From Asterias amurensis (Eukaryota), in contig NC_092661.1 in assembly GCF_032118995.1 (NCBI RefSeq), forward strand, positions 18,173,185 through 18,237,184: a stretch of 64,000 nt of DNA, in the 5' to 3' direction. The position numbers were made by a program, and so were the translations under genes. The notes beneath the pieces were generated by a model. It was not told where the DNA came from. It worked only from the letters and a program-made list of their open reading frames with translations, and searched no databases. Positions 11,996 through 24,600 of the stretch are shown piece by piece (positions within the stretch are counted from its first letter, which is position 1; each line of letters opens with the position of its first letter).

Positions 11996-12279
11996 GGAAC
12001 TTAGTAATTGGTAAATTTTACTCACTCAGTTCAAAAGGGAATAAGTGAGACGCTTGGACATAGGATGGGGGTAGGGGTAGGCTTAGAGTTTGTATTTATA
12101 GTACCTCAGCTTAATATAATTAGATACTGTAGTTCTAGACAAGTTGACCATGGACACAGGCAGCTAAACTATTCTAGTAGACTTTGACACCAGGTACATA
12201 TATAAGAAAAAGTATGGTTGTTTATTTTACAAACATATTAAACAAATTAAAATTGCAATGAGTGATAAATAAAGGTCCT

Positions 12280-12642
12280 CTTAAAGACACTGGACACCTT
12301 TCGTAATTGTCAAAGACCAGTCTTCCCACTTGGTGTATCTCAACATGCATAAAATAACAAACCTGAGCAAGTTTGAGCTCAATTGGTCGTCGAAGTTGCG
12401 AGATGATAATGAATGAAAAAAACGCCCTTGTCACACAGAGTTGTGTACTTTTAGATTGATTTCGAGGTCTCGAAATCAAATTTGTGGAAAAATACTTCTT
12501 TCTCAAAAATTCTGTTCCTTCAGAGGGAGCCATTTCTCACAATGTTTTATACTATCAACAGCTCTCCATTACTCGTTACCAAGTAAGGTTTTATGCTAAT
12601 AATTATAATGAGTAATTACCAATAGTGTCCAATGCCTTTAAG
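12280..12642 (-). mobile_element. MITE family A copy
   Basis: Same terminal inverted repeats and internal sequence (..GAGAAACGGCTCCCTC..GTGTGACAAGGG..) as the copy at 198-586. The ORF at 12222..12533 lies inside it. Confidence 0.75.
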
Positions 12643-14084
12643 TAGATGTGATAATGGATACATTTAGGCATGTAATTGCGGTAATACTTATTATTGCAGA
12701 AAAATGAAATTTTCTGTCCCGCATGCCTAAATACCGTCCCTATAGTCCATAGTGATAAAAATGGAGATTGCTGCTATTTTTCAAAATGCTATTTTGGGGG
12801 TCTGCTTACCATTTTGAAAGTGTTTTCATTATACTACAACTATTTTATATAACAAACTGGTATTTTATTAAATTTTCAAAATTGTATAAGTAGTATAGAA
12901 CTAGTCTGAACTAGATTTGTTCAGACCACCCAAGTCAACACCTTTCAAAACATTTTCAGACATTTATTTATATAAATGTTCTAGAACAAAATGGTTTGTA
13001 AATACATTGTGGCCCTGTCCTTTTGTGTTCCATGTACTACTATAACAACACTGACAATTATGGATGACCAACCCCCTGATAACATTAGTCTTACCAGCTC
13101 TTGAGATGATTTGAGTCAACAATAGTCAGGCGATCAGCTTTCTGAAGAAAACAAACCAGATGGACATAATTTATTAATATCAGGCCTCACAGAACTCAGG
13201 AAATTTTTGAAAGGCAGAGTTAATCTCAACCTTAAAATAATTATTATTTTTTTTTTTGGCTAATTAAAAAAAACTAATAAAATGACAAGGGTTGCACTTA
13301 AAAAATAAAATTTTAAAGGTTAATTTTGTTATGATTTGTCAAAATGAAAAATATTTGAGTTCAATAAAAGTATGTCAGCTGTGTCCTTTTTAATTTGTCC
13401 ACAAAATTAATAAACCTGTGCCAATCTCCCCGCCAAAGAGATTAAGCTTAGAAAAAAATCCTAATTATTTGTCAAGCAAATCTTACATAGCTCAGTATCC
13501 TCAACCAAAATTAAAAGCCTTTTAAAGATATTTATTTTATGAGCTTTAGGCTATCAAAAACAAAATTCAAAGCCTTAAATGATGTTTTAATTCAAGTCTT
13601 ACCTCTTGCAATCTGAAGCAGGGCTGATATTCTTTGATTGGTTAACATTTCCAACAAGGTATTTCTGAAGTGCAATGAACATAGTGTTACTTATGAAAAA
13701 TAATACCCACACAAAAAGCTAAAAGTTTGTAGTCCATGTGTTGAATTATCAACAATCAAATGTCCAGGTAATTTTTATCTAAGTGACCTTGTCTTTCCCT
13801 TGCTTTCTGCAAGCTGTAAATTGATTCATATCACAATCCCAGGTCTTTAACATAAATATTGTCCTTTTTATTGTTCAAATTTGGCAAATCTGGTTGCTAG
13901 TTTCATAGGAATGGCTGAATTGCAGAAATATTCCATCCGAGTGTTAGCACAAGAGACGGTTGCAATTACTGCGACCCTGTTTTAAGGTGTTTAACAAAAT
14001 TCCACTGTGAGGGAGATAAATACTGGCAGGATTTAAGACATGAGAGATAAGGGTGTCTAGACTGGTCAATGGGCCATTTTTTTA

Positions 14085-14350
14085 ACGCGTGAGGGCGCTC
14101 TCAATCACTTCTGGGGGTATATTCATTCATACCCAAAAATGTTGTTAAAGATTGGAACACATTACCACCACAGACATCTAAACCATCACAGACAATAAGA
14201 CTTTTAAAGGAGCCGTTATAATCCAACTCTAAAGCAAATTGAAACTAGGGCGCAACAAAAGTGACAGGACGCCTATTAATCTGTGCAGGGCGGGCGCGTT
14301 TACCCCTGGAAGTGATAAAAATACTATGTATAGCGCCCACTCGCACGGTC
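14085..14350. mobile_element. Foldback or MITE-like element (TIR CGTGMGRGKGCGCT..ATCACTTCYRGGGGTA)
   Basis: GCGTGAGGGCGCTCTCAATCACTTCTGGGGGTA at about 14090 pairs in reverse complement with TACCCCTGGAAGTGATAAAAATACTATGTATAGCGCCCACTCGCACG at about 14296. Confidence 0.5.
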
Positions 14351-16320
14351 AAAAATAAGGCGCATTAAGTCAAGTAATTTGATGAGCAGTGACACTTCCA
14401 ATGTAATGCCTGGTTGTTTTCTTACAATGAAAAGTTGTTTTACCTTTGATCAGTAGACTGTATCTATCTGTAATTCCAGCTCCTCAGAATGTGATGCTTT
14501 GCCATTCAGACCAAGTTGCATTATCTATAAAAGATTATACAAATAGAATTATGACTACCTTATTCTCTCTCTAAACAATTGCACTGTCTGTGAGACAAAG
14601 AGATTCAAATTCATGAAGAGTTTCTTTCCACACAGAGATAATTATACACTGCTTTTTCTAGGGAGTGACACAAGAAATATTTTCTCAAAATAAGATGTTT
14701 TTCTTATTTCAAGAATACCACTTTTAGCAGTTTAGGCAGTGAAATACCAGACATAGAACTTTATTGTCAGGTAAGGCTTCCTGAAAACAAAACTCTGCAT
14801 AAGTTGTTTCCCGGTTTTCTACTAAACTGAAAAAAGAAGAAATCAGCATAAATTATTCAGGAGACGAAGGCAACACAATGCAATTCAAAAAATAATTGTT
14901 ATGTTTCCAGTTTAGTTTGTATCTCTGAAAGTGGTCGATTGCTTGCATGTGTGCAACAATGAAACTTGAATAAAATTTAAGGGGCCACAGAAGGGGGGGG
15001 AGGGTTGATTTCTGACCAATTTAAAATTGTGCATTTCTCTTAAACTAGAAGCCCCTTTTCAATGCTCCACAGATCACAATTAGATTTAAAAAATTAAGAT
15101 TATCTGATTTGAGTTTAAAAACATGTCTCATGTGTAAATAGAATCAAATAAAACCCAAAGAAACTATCATAAACAAATTTTTACTCTCTGGTGATTTTAA
15201 TAGAAAAAAAATCAAAATATCAAGGCCCCCCCCCCCGCCATTCAGTATGTAACTGCAAGCGAGGTAAAACTAAAAAAGAGTTGTTCTTGGTTCTTAATTC
15301 TTTCTGTAGTTGATGTACACAGTACGTAGAGTCCAGGGTCCAACAATTTGCCAGAAGGATTTTAGACTTGTCAGTGACTTTTAAAGCATGGAGGGTGCCA
15401 AAGAATGCAAAGCGGTGTGCCAGGTTTGTTTTTTAAAATGTTGTAGAACAATGGGAAAAGAGATAAGGTGATTTGGGACAAGGAGGAGTCATCAATACTC
15501 TGCACTAAAAAAAAAAAAAAATGTCACATGAAAGGTATTGCTCATCAACAGAAAACTAATTTACCTTTGTATTGACTGACTACTGTCTTGGGAGGTTATG
15601 CTGTTTTCCTGCCTTTGACTAAGCTGTACAATAACTTATTGTGAGGAACCAGATTGGAATGATGAATGTTTGTTGCTGTATAGGCAGATGGAGGTTGACA
15701 CCAATGAGGAACCATCTAATACAAACAAATGATTTATGCAAACAATTAATGTTTAACTTTTTAGACCAAACACTATAGTCAGCCCAACATACAGATAGAA
15801 ATGATGTATGTATTGTAAACAGAAATCAGTTTAGAACCATTTCTTGTGGTTGTTTTAAACAAATGCAATGTTTTAATTAATCAACAGAAGAAAACTTGGT
15901 AAATGACCAAGGGCTAACTAAAGGAAAACATTTGATGGCAGAGTTGGGAGAAAAACCCATAAGAAATTATTGCTCAACATGGTGAACGGAACAGACAGGT
16001 TCACATGAAGGCTAGATTCAAAATAAGAGACAAGTTCCCGAGTCCTGACAACATTCATTTTTAATTAATCAAACCACAAGACATCTTGGCTTGTTAGGAT
16101 AAGTTTACTGGCCCCAACACTGAAACCACTGGCCTCGTGGCCTGCAGTCCAGTGTATAATGTGTGTCCTGAATGGTGGTGTGATCCAGTTGCAGGGCAGC
16201 AACTTTCCTTATACTGGACAAAATACTAAAATTTCCCTTTTGTTGTACATGTAAATAACACAAGATATTATCTACTCTAGCTCACAAAGTTGTGTTGAGG
16301 TTCATTAAAAACACACAATA

Positions 16321-16730
16321 GTTTGTTTAAAGCCATTGGACACTTTCGATAAACAGTATTGTCCAAAGGCCCACACTTCGTGTATCACAACTGATATAAA
16401 AAAAATAACAAACATGTGAAAATTTAGGCTCAATCGGTCAACGGAGTCGGGAGAAAATAACGGGGAAAACCCACCCTTGTTTCCGCACGTTTCGCCGTGT
16501 CATGACATGTGTTTGAAATAAATCCGTAATTCTCGACGAGAATTGAATGATATTTTTTTTTACTGTTTTCTCGAAAGTAAAGCATTTCATGGAATAATAT
16601 TTCAAGAGAAGTCTTTCACCATTACCTTCTGTAAACCATGTTAGTTATCTGTAAATCTGAGAACTGTTTTTTTTTTTTGTGCCGAAAGTGTATAATGGCA
16701 TTAAAGAACGGTGTGTTTAAATATTATAAT
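16321..16730 (+). mobile_element. MITE family B, related to family A. Its terminal inverted repeats read TTAAAGCCATTGGACACTTTCG / CGAAAGTGTATAATGGCATTAAAG.
   Basis: Terminal inverted repeats are present. The internal sequence is shared with the copy at 36838-37215 (..CGGAGTCGGGAGAAAATAACGG..CGCACGTTTCGCCGTGTCATGACATG..). Confidence 0.7.
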
Positions 16731-18139
16731 TTCTTACATTTTCTCTCTCCCGCCTGTTAATGTCAATCCCCCTCATGAGATGAGGTGAAAAGGATTCTAC
16801 TGAATTATCAGGAAACATCTCGGTGACCATGGTGGCATGAAAAGCCAATATGTATCAGCTGTAAAATATAATAAAAAACAAGTCATTGTCATAAATTTAT
16901 TGAAAACAATTGAATGCCACCTGAAAAGGAAGAGAGACAGACATTGTTCACTCTTTAAAAAATACAACAGTTGTTTGACCAATTTTGAATTCACATTGTT
17001 TTTTATCGCAAGTCTCTTTGATATCTTAATTTTTTTTAAACATAAATTAGTAAGTCGCAAATTTTGAAGGGGAGAAGTTTTTAAAAGCGTTTTTCACCAG
17101 AAATTTCTTTTAAAAGTGATGATCAATAATCGCAAGCAAACTTTAGAAAATTTGATGAAGTTTGGCACCTTAATTGTGGTTTGTTGGTTTATTGGAACTT
17201 ATTCTGCATGAAATTAGCTTGAGAAGTAATTTATTTACGTGTGATCATGGAGGTAGAACTACCTCCATGGTGTGATTAACTTATTGCAAAGTTAAAGTGA
17301 TCCAGCTGGTAAATGATCCCGAACTGGCATGACTGGTCAAATGACATACCATTCAAAACAAAGTCAGTTTTGACTCCTGTTAATGTCTTAATGTCAAATA
17401 ACATGAGCCTAAAAGAACGTCTATTTCTGTAACTGTATAACGGTTGAGCCGGCAAAAAATGTCTAAAGTCTCGATTTTAGAAACTGAAAAAAGATGCCAA
17501 CAAACAATTTTAGTCAAACTTTAACTGCATGCCATCCACCGCTTAGCCCGCTGAAACCCATTTCCCTCACCCCGGCCATGCCGGTGGGCGGAGAAAATGA
17601 AACAAATTTGTTTTAAAAAAGGAGAACATTTTTGCCTCAAACTCCTATTACTATTAGAGAGCACTGTCGACATTGATTACGCCGTGCAACTAAATAGGCA
17701 TCTAAAGCTTAGGTGCATAGTGTAATTTTATCCAAATAAATTCAATCAATCAATAAATAGTAATACATCGTTTAACTTTCTGTACCCAGAGGCTAAGCCA
17801 AGAGGCTAGTTTGTTTATTTTGGAACAGCAGAGAGCAGAGAGTGTGACATTTTTGTCTAAACCAATCTTCCGTCTTCAGGGCGAATTATTGTTCAAAATG
17901 ACCAGGAATTGACAAAGAAAGAAGGTATTTTTACTCACCAATTAAAATAACTTCCGTTTTCCAACTTTGCGTCGATGAATTTGTGGATGTATTTTGATTT
18001 AGATAACTATACGACTTCAAAGAACCAAGATTTGTAAATGGCCGCCAGGCCCGCCCAGGCACCAGCCCAATCGACGGACAAGCCGCGCCGCCTCACGTGG
18101 TGGTGGTAGAACCCGACCTCGGAACCGGTTTAAGGCAGT

Positions 18140-18545
18140 GCACTGGCTACTCTAGGCCGGACTACACATGCGCACAGCCATCGGCTTCCAAAATAAGTGC
18201 GAAACTGAGAAAGTGTCGTCTGCTCGAGAGTTGTGTGTTTCGGAGAAAGTTATTAATATTATGACTTAGGCCTAGCCTACATCTCATAATTATGACGGCT
18301 TTGTATAAGTAATAATTATACATACATAGGCCTATCTCATAAATATGATATGTGTCACAAGTCACAAGTTATAATTGTGAGGTATATCAATAATCATGAG
18401 ATGTATAAGTCATAATACATGTAGTTTTCTTTGTCAATGTCCCTACTGCTTCCGAAACACAGACGACACCTTCTCACTTTAGCACTTACTTTAGAAAGGT
18501 AGTCCGACCCAACCCTAAATAGTAAAGCTAAGTCATAATTATGAC
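18140..18545. mobile_element. Foldback element directly downstream of a GC-rich CpG island
   Basis: The left arm at 18150-18260 (..CTTCCAAAATAAGTGCGAAACTGAGAAAGTGTCGTCTGCTCGAGAGTTGTGTGTTTCGGAGAAAG..) is an inverted copy of the right arm at 18440-18545 (..CTTCCGAAACACAGACGACACCTTCTCACTTTAGCACTTACTTTAGAAAGG..). Confidence 0.55.
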
Positions 18546-19873
18546 ATTCCTTTTTTATCTCTCTCTCTGTTTCCCTATAATGCTTCCATAGTAAACACTT
18601 CCAAAATTTAATTTATTTACAATTTAAAAGCGAATTGTTTTTGTACAAAATACAATTTAATCGTTTATGAAAGGGGGGGGGGGTTGTAATCTTAAAACAA
18701 AGTTAAAAATGTAAAAGAGAAATAGAAATTTAGTGATGGTGGGACACATTTCTTTATAGTATACTTGCACAATTGGTACAATCCTAAAGAAATTATTCAA
18801 TATCACTACACATAAACTTTGTTCCCCTCTGTAAAAATAATAAATATTCAATTCTTTATACCATACAGTTTTGAGTATCTCTGTTCCGTATTGAACACCC
18901 CAAACATGATTGTTGCAACCAGTACTACAAAAACTAAAAATACATTTAAAAACAAGAATGGACGGATTTTAGACTATCGCAATTTAGCACATTTCAATTC
19001 ATATTGAACACAAACTTGATCATTTCAAGCAGTACTTAAAATTATAATGTGATCTTGAAGTCTTTGTAACATACAGTCTTGAAAAACCAGGAAACATTCT
19101 TGGACTTTTTTATTGGTACAGAAAATCACTTTTGAGTAGTGTTGGTCCTGGAAAGAACTTAAAAATGACAACTCAATCAGGTCGATCAGTGTTTTATGAT
19201 CATCTTCAGGACCAACACTACTCAAAACTCCAAGAGATTTTCTCATGTTGTATACAGCAAACCTATTATTGTATTATGGAAAGACAATTGTATATACAAA
19301 ATAACATTTTAATTAATACTGATTAACAACAAGGCCTCAGTTAGTTAAACACACACAACCCACACTCTACATGTGGTTTTTGTCACGATAATGGTATACA
19401 AAAGATAAAGGCAAGTTAGAAAAAGTATATGACAAAATAATTAGGGTGAATTTCTAAATAAGTAGTTTGCTCAGAGAGTGAGACCAAATCCAGTCAACAT
19501 TTTTAAACGGTGCAGAAACATTGAACAGGTAATTAAAATAATCCCAAGAATATTTTATTGTTTACTGGAAACGGTCCATTTCCAGATGCATTGTTCCTGC
19601 TAGTGAAGCCCATGCATGCATGGTATATGATACTTATACAACTTCATTGACCCTGTGACGTGAAGATAATATTTGTGAAAGAAAAAAAATAGTGTAAAGC
19701 AACGACAACATTTTATATACAACAAACAATGTATTTTTGTCTAAGAATTCTTGACTTTTACCTGATAATTATTCCCCTACAAAAAAATCAAGATAAAATT
19801 ATTAACATGATTCCCTTTACAACAAGCTAGTATTACACTGAATTGTAAAAAATAAATGGCTGCTCATTTCCTG

Positions 19874-20115
19874 GGGCCAATTTCATAGAGCTGCTTAAGC
19901 AAAAAAATCTGCTTAAGCACGAAAATAGCTGTCTTATTTTACACATGTTACTGGCCAAAATTTCATGCCATGTACATTGCTTGAGACTGGTATTTAGCTG
20001 TTGTTTACTTAGCATAACAATTGAGTGGGGTCTTGGCCGATAATCGGACTTTACTAAGCAAGGAATTTTTTGCTTAAGCAAAAAATTTTGCTTAAGCAGC
20101 TCTATGAAGTTGGGC
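19874..20115. mobile_element. MITE family C copy
   Basis: It runs from GGGGCCAATTTCATAGAGCTGCTTAAGC to GCTTAAGCAGCTCTATGAAGTTGGGC. The ORF at 19833..20183 lies inside it. Confidence 0.75.
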
Positions 20116-20931
20116 ACAGTACACAACAAAATTATGCTTACCAGAATAAAAATGGCTGCCAAAATTGCATTTTGCATGTTCATCTATGACTGATCTTTTC
20201 TCGTTTTGTTTTAAGGCAATATTTTCTTATTAATAAGCTCAAACAAATTGGGCGAAGCTGATCTCATGTCAAGACAATTGGGTACTTAGAACAGTGGCTT
20301 ACATATTCCTACATTTTTGACAAGTACCAATACCTTACTGAAAATATATTCAAAATACTTTATCATTAATACATTAACATTAAACACCTGTACATTTCAA
20401 TATTCCCTGATCATTGTCATCATGATTAATTCAAAACCAAGTAAATGTACACAAGAAGCCATAGCACACAGGAAAGAAAGCAGAGCAAATCATAAACTGT
20501 ACAAAACAATAAGTAAAAAACAAGCCACTATGATCAATATTAAATACTTAATAAATAATGTAAGTGCACTTATAATGTCATTTATTAAACTTGAGTGACA
20601 ACACTTTGGTATTTCTTTCATTTTTTACATTACAAATAAATATTTATGTATCAATACAAGTAGTAGATGATTAATGCCCAAAATACAACTTGGGGTGAAT
20701 TGCAATATTATGAATGGGAACTAGCTTGACATTTTCTGACAATATAAGCGGTGGAAATTTGTTCAACTGCAAGAGAAGAGGAGCTCTTTGAGCTAATAAA
20801 GAGTACAATCTAAAGCACTGCCATTTGCTTCAATCATAAAAGGTAATTCAGAATCTTTAAAGAGATTGTACTTTTAGACAACAAAGTAAATTTGACATGG
20901 AAATTTGAGTGGAAAACATTTTTGTGTTGAC

Positions 20932-21609
20932 TTATTTGTAATAATTATTTCCAACTGCATTATACATCCTGAGGAAGTGGACATAGCCGGTGTCAAACCC
21001 AACCATAGCACTTTGATTATCAGGTGAGAAATCAAAGGATGTCACTTTGGCTAGTGGTAGCATAAAAGTCCCTACAGGTTGATTCAAGCCTACCTTTGAG
21101 GAATGCAATGCACCATCAGAGATGTGATTTGCAATGACTCCTTGTAACTGTTTTAAGAGAGGTTTGTTTGGGTTGATGTAGCCCTGTGCTGGGGCCAGTA
21201 TCCCACTGTAAGACCCAGGCATACTTATCGTCTCCAATGGACCCTCAAGATGCTTGTTGAAGACATCAATGACACCACTAAAGGTTTTCTCCTCAGATTG
21301 TTGACCTTTTCCGCGAAGCATTTGTCTGGTTTTCATGGAGGCATCGGTGCGCCTGCTACATCTCTGATAAAACACCACACATTTATCCATTAAAAATTCA
21401 ACTTGGTGTAATCGACATTCAGAAGTTGGCATATTGAACTTCCTCAGGACGCGTTGGCGGTGGACATCCCATAGTTGGAGCAGTGCTGAGGACCGGTAGA
21501 ATTCCAACTTGTCAAATTTGATAATAGATGCTCTCTTCTGTTCATCAGTCATTTGGAAGGAGAGAGTGACCAGCATAGTGCTTTCTGCATCAAGGGCGGC
21601 AGAAGTAAT
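20932..21609 (-). CDS. NWD-like terminal exon 24 (coding part). The stop codon is at 20934-20932.
   Basis: The acceptor is tctcttccttgccgatag. The translation is ITSAALDAESTMLVTLSFQMTDEQKRASIIKFDKLEFYRSSALLQLWDVHRQRVLRKF...GFDTGYVHFLRMYNAVGNNYYK followed by a stop. The first canonical AATAAA on the minus strand (plus tttatt at 20581-20586) lies about 345 nt downstream. Confidence 0.65.
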   Translation of the reverse strand: MTSAALDAESTMLVTLSFQMTDEQKRASIIKFDKLEFYRSSALLQLWDVHRQRVLRKFNMPTSECRLHQVEFLMDKCVVFYQRCSRRTDASMKTRQMLRGKGQQSEEKTFSGVIDVFNKHLEGPLETISMPGSYSGILAPAQGYINPNKPLLKQLQGVIANHISDGALHSSKVGLNQPVGTFMLPLAKVTSFDFSPDNQSAMVGFDTGYVHFLRMYNAVGNNYYK

Positions 21610-24600
21610 CTATCGGCAAGGAAGAGATGAGAGAAGCAAATCGAACAATGTTCTGTAAGGCAGTTTTCCAAAGTAATGCAAGATCGAATTAGAATGTAAA
21701 CATATGAGAATGAAGTAAATAACTGTTTGAAAAGAAAGAACATTAGAACCATCTCTTCTGGCTCTCAGCTCCCACAATTTGTTTTTCATTGTTCAACCTT
21801 TCTTCATCTTCTTTGTCTTCTAACTATAACACATGCATACATGTATGTTCTGGTAATAAACTCAAGGATGCCTCATAAGTGAACTTAATTACTGTAGCTT
21901 ACAAGCCTGAGGAAACCTGTAGAAAAGGGTGCTTGCTATGTAAACCAGAAACAATGGGTTGAACCCCATCTCCTCCATGATACGCTCTCTGGGTTATTTA
22001 TAAATGTCCCATCCAAAAGATAGAGGAATTATGACATAGCACCTTGATCTAGGACACAAGTTCATTAATGGGGACTCAACCCCACACTCTGCTGATCAAA
22101 TACACCAGAGCTTGAGTCTAGTGCTGTTAAACCTTTGGCATCACAGATCTAACAAACTACTAATTGACAAGGTAGAAACTAATGTAAGCAATGATGTCAT
22201 CCAGGGAAGAAATCACATCAAGATATTGGTCCAACAAAAGAGATGGGAATTATTTTAAAGATCTTTTCACAACCAAGAGTGCGTTTTGGCGACCCCAACC
22301 AAAAACCGTTTCTGACGTCATAACAAATACGGTAACCGAGCTCACAACTCGGTTATCATTCAGTCTGAACGGTAGAACCAACGACCATAACCGAAACAGT
22401 TTTTGGTTGGGGTCGCCAAAACGTACTCCAAGGGTGGTTTCGTACAGCACCCATTGTTGACAACATAGATCTACATGAACATACCAATAAATCTGGACTA
22501 TGTTTGAACTCCTTCACATCTTGGGGATAGTCCTGGATGCCTGGTACGATAAGTGGGTTAAGTTTCCAATCCTGGATGGCCCTTTCTGGCAACACCTCAT
22601 ACAGGTACAGCATGCCTGGACGGTTGGAGGTGGTAAAGCAAGTCAAAAGCGCCTCTCGGAAAATAGTGAAGATGTAGTGTGGGTTCACATAGGGAATCAG
22701 CCTGAGCAGAAAGAAATAATATAATAATAATATAATATCGAAGTCTTATATAATGCACATATCTACCAAACAAGGCGCCGAGTATATACAAACTTTCAGA
22801 AAGATAGGTAACTGCAGTGATGAAGAACAAAAAGAGGAAGAATATTAACTCTTCATCTTGGTTGACTTTACTAAATGCCAAGGTTTTTCAACCATCTGCC
22901 TATTTTTTTCAACAAGAGTTTCACTGAAAAATACGTTTCAAGTTCAAAGTAAATTTTTGGGTGAGCAATTTTTCAAAGCTATGCTCACGATCTTGAAGAA
23001 GTAATGGACAAAAACGGAAGTTTAAAAAATAAATCATTTTGAAAGCTAAACTTGGTGTGAATCCTATCGTAGCCATAACCATCACACTTGCATTATGCTG
23101 ATTCGTAAATCTGAGTTCTCCAAGGCTCTTTAAAAAAAATTGCCTTCAACAAGATCTGTACATAATATCTGCTGCAATGGGCAACCTTCATACATCTGAC
23201 TACCAGCCATTTCTTCTCCCTTAATCTTGGCTTAGTTCCGTTACCTGTGCATTCCTTTGATGACTCTGTTGTTTATTGCAAGACGGGGGCTGTTAATATT
23301 CCAGATGTCAAAATCACTTCCATTACAAGCGCTGGCCACAAAATCATCAGACATACATAACAGTTTCCCAGGTCCTACATGCATAAAAATGAATGAAAAG
23401 AAAACATATTGAATGTATATTTCATCTATAGTTATTATATTGGTTTAGTAGAGCAAAGAAGAGTATTGTCACTTTTCATCAACAATCTGTCAACAATTAT
23501 ACATGTTTACCACAAACATAGGAAGAAACTATCAATAAATAGTGAACTTGTGGGTACAACCATGTGTAAATCTTTTTTGTGGGAGTGTTGGCTCTGAAAA
23601 GTGGAAGTGTCGTGGCCGAGCGGTTAAGAGCACCGAATTCAAACTCTGGTGTTTCTGATCAGCAGAGTGTGGGTTTGAATCCCCAGGCATGACACTCGTG
23701 TCCTTAAGCAAGACACTTAACCATTGCTTCATCCTTCAGATGGGACGTAGAGCCGTTGGTCCCATGTGTTGTGTAATGCATGTAAAAGAACCCAGTGCAC
23801 TTATCGAAAAGAGAAGGGGTTCGCCCCGGTGTTCCTGGGGGTGGCTGCTGAATGCACCGTAGCACCTTGTTAAAACCATTACATGGTGCTAAGGATTAGG
23901 TCTCATAATTTAAAAAACTTTGTCCCACTCACCTTGCAGTAAAAAAATTGGCGCTTTGTATCCTTTGGAAAAGGCGCGTTATAAATCGGTATTGACGTTT
24001 CAAACAGTATAGTCTGCTCGCCTTTTTGATTGAGCCTCAATCTCTATACACAGTATAGTGGGCTTAGCACTTGATCTTAGCTCAAATTATAGCACTGTAT
24101 CGATTTACAACTTCTCTTTTGTATTGTAATACAAATTGTATGTATCAAAAGCTACTCACAAGCTTAGCAATTGACAAAAAAGTCAACTCATTTCTGAACA
24201 AAAATTTGAGCAGTTATTGTTCATTTAATAATGAGGAAAGATTAGACAAGATAACCTCAAATGTAGACTTACTGCAAGATTCTCCAGATCGTAGTTGGAG
24301 TACTACATCAGGTGGTGTTTTAGTGACGCTCCACAACCAGTGGTCCTCATTTTGTTCACATGAAGTCACAGCATGACGACCATCTGATGAATACACACAG
24401 CTCTGTACAGGCCCATCATGATTCTATAGAAAACAAGATTAAAGCAGAACATTGAATGAACAACGAAATAGATTCATTATGCTGATTGTGCATTCATTAC
24501 ACTACCAATCAAACTGCAGGCAAGCTCATACATGTACATTATCCAGGGATGTGGTAGGCTATTGTAAAAAAAACGTGAACTATGAGCGCAAGAGAGAAAT

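Noticed and set aside
12222-12533. A 103-aa ORF
   Set aside because: It lies entirely inside a family A MITE copy. Near-identical non-coding copies occur 7 more times.
17897-17910. ATG ACC AGG AAT TGA near a CpG-rich region, as a possible gene start
   Set aside because: There is an immediate in-frame stop and no donor site.
19833-20183. A 116-aa ORF
   Set aside because: It lies inside a family C MITE (terminal inverted repeats GGCCCAATTTCATAGAGCTGC).
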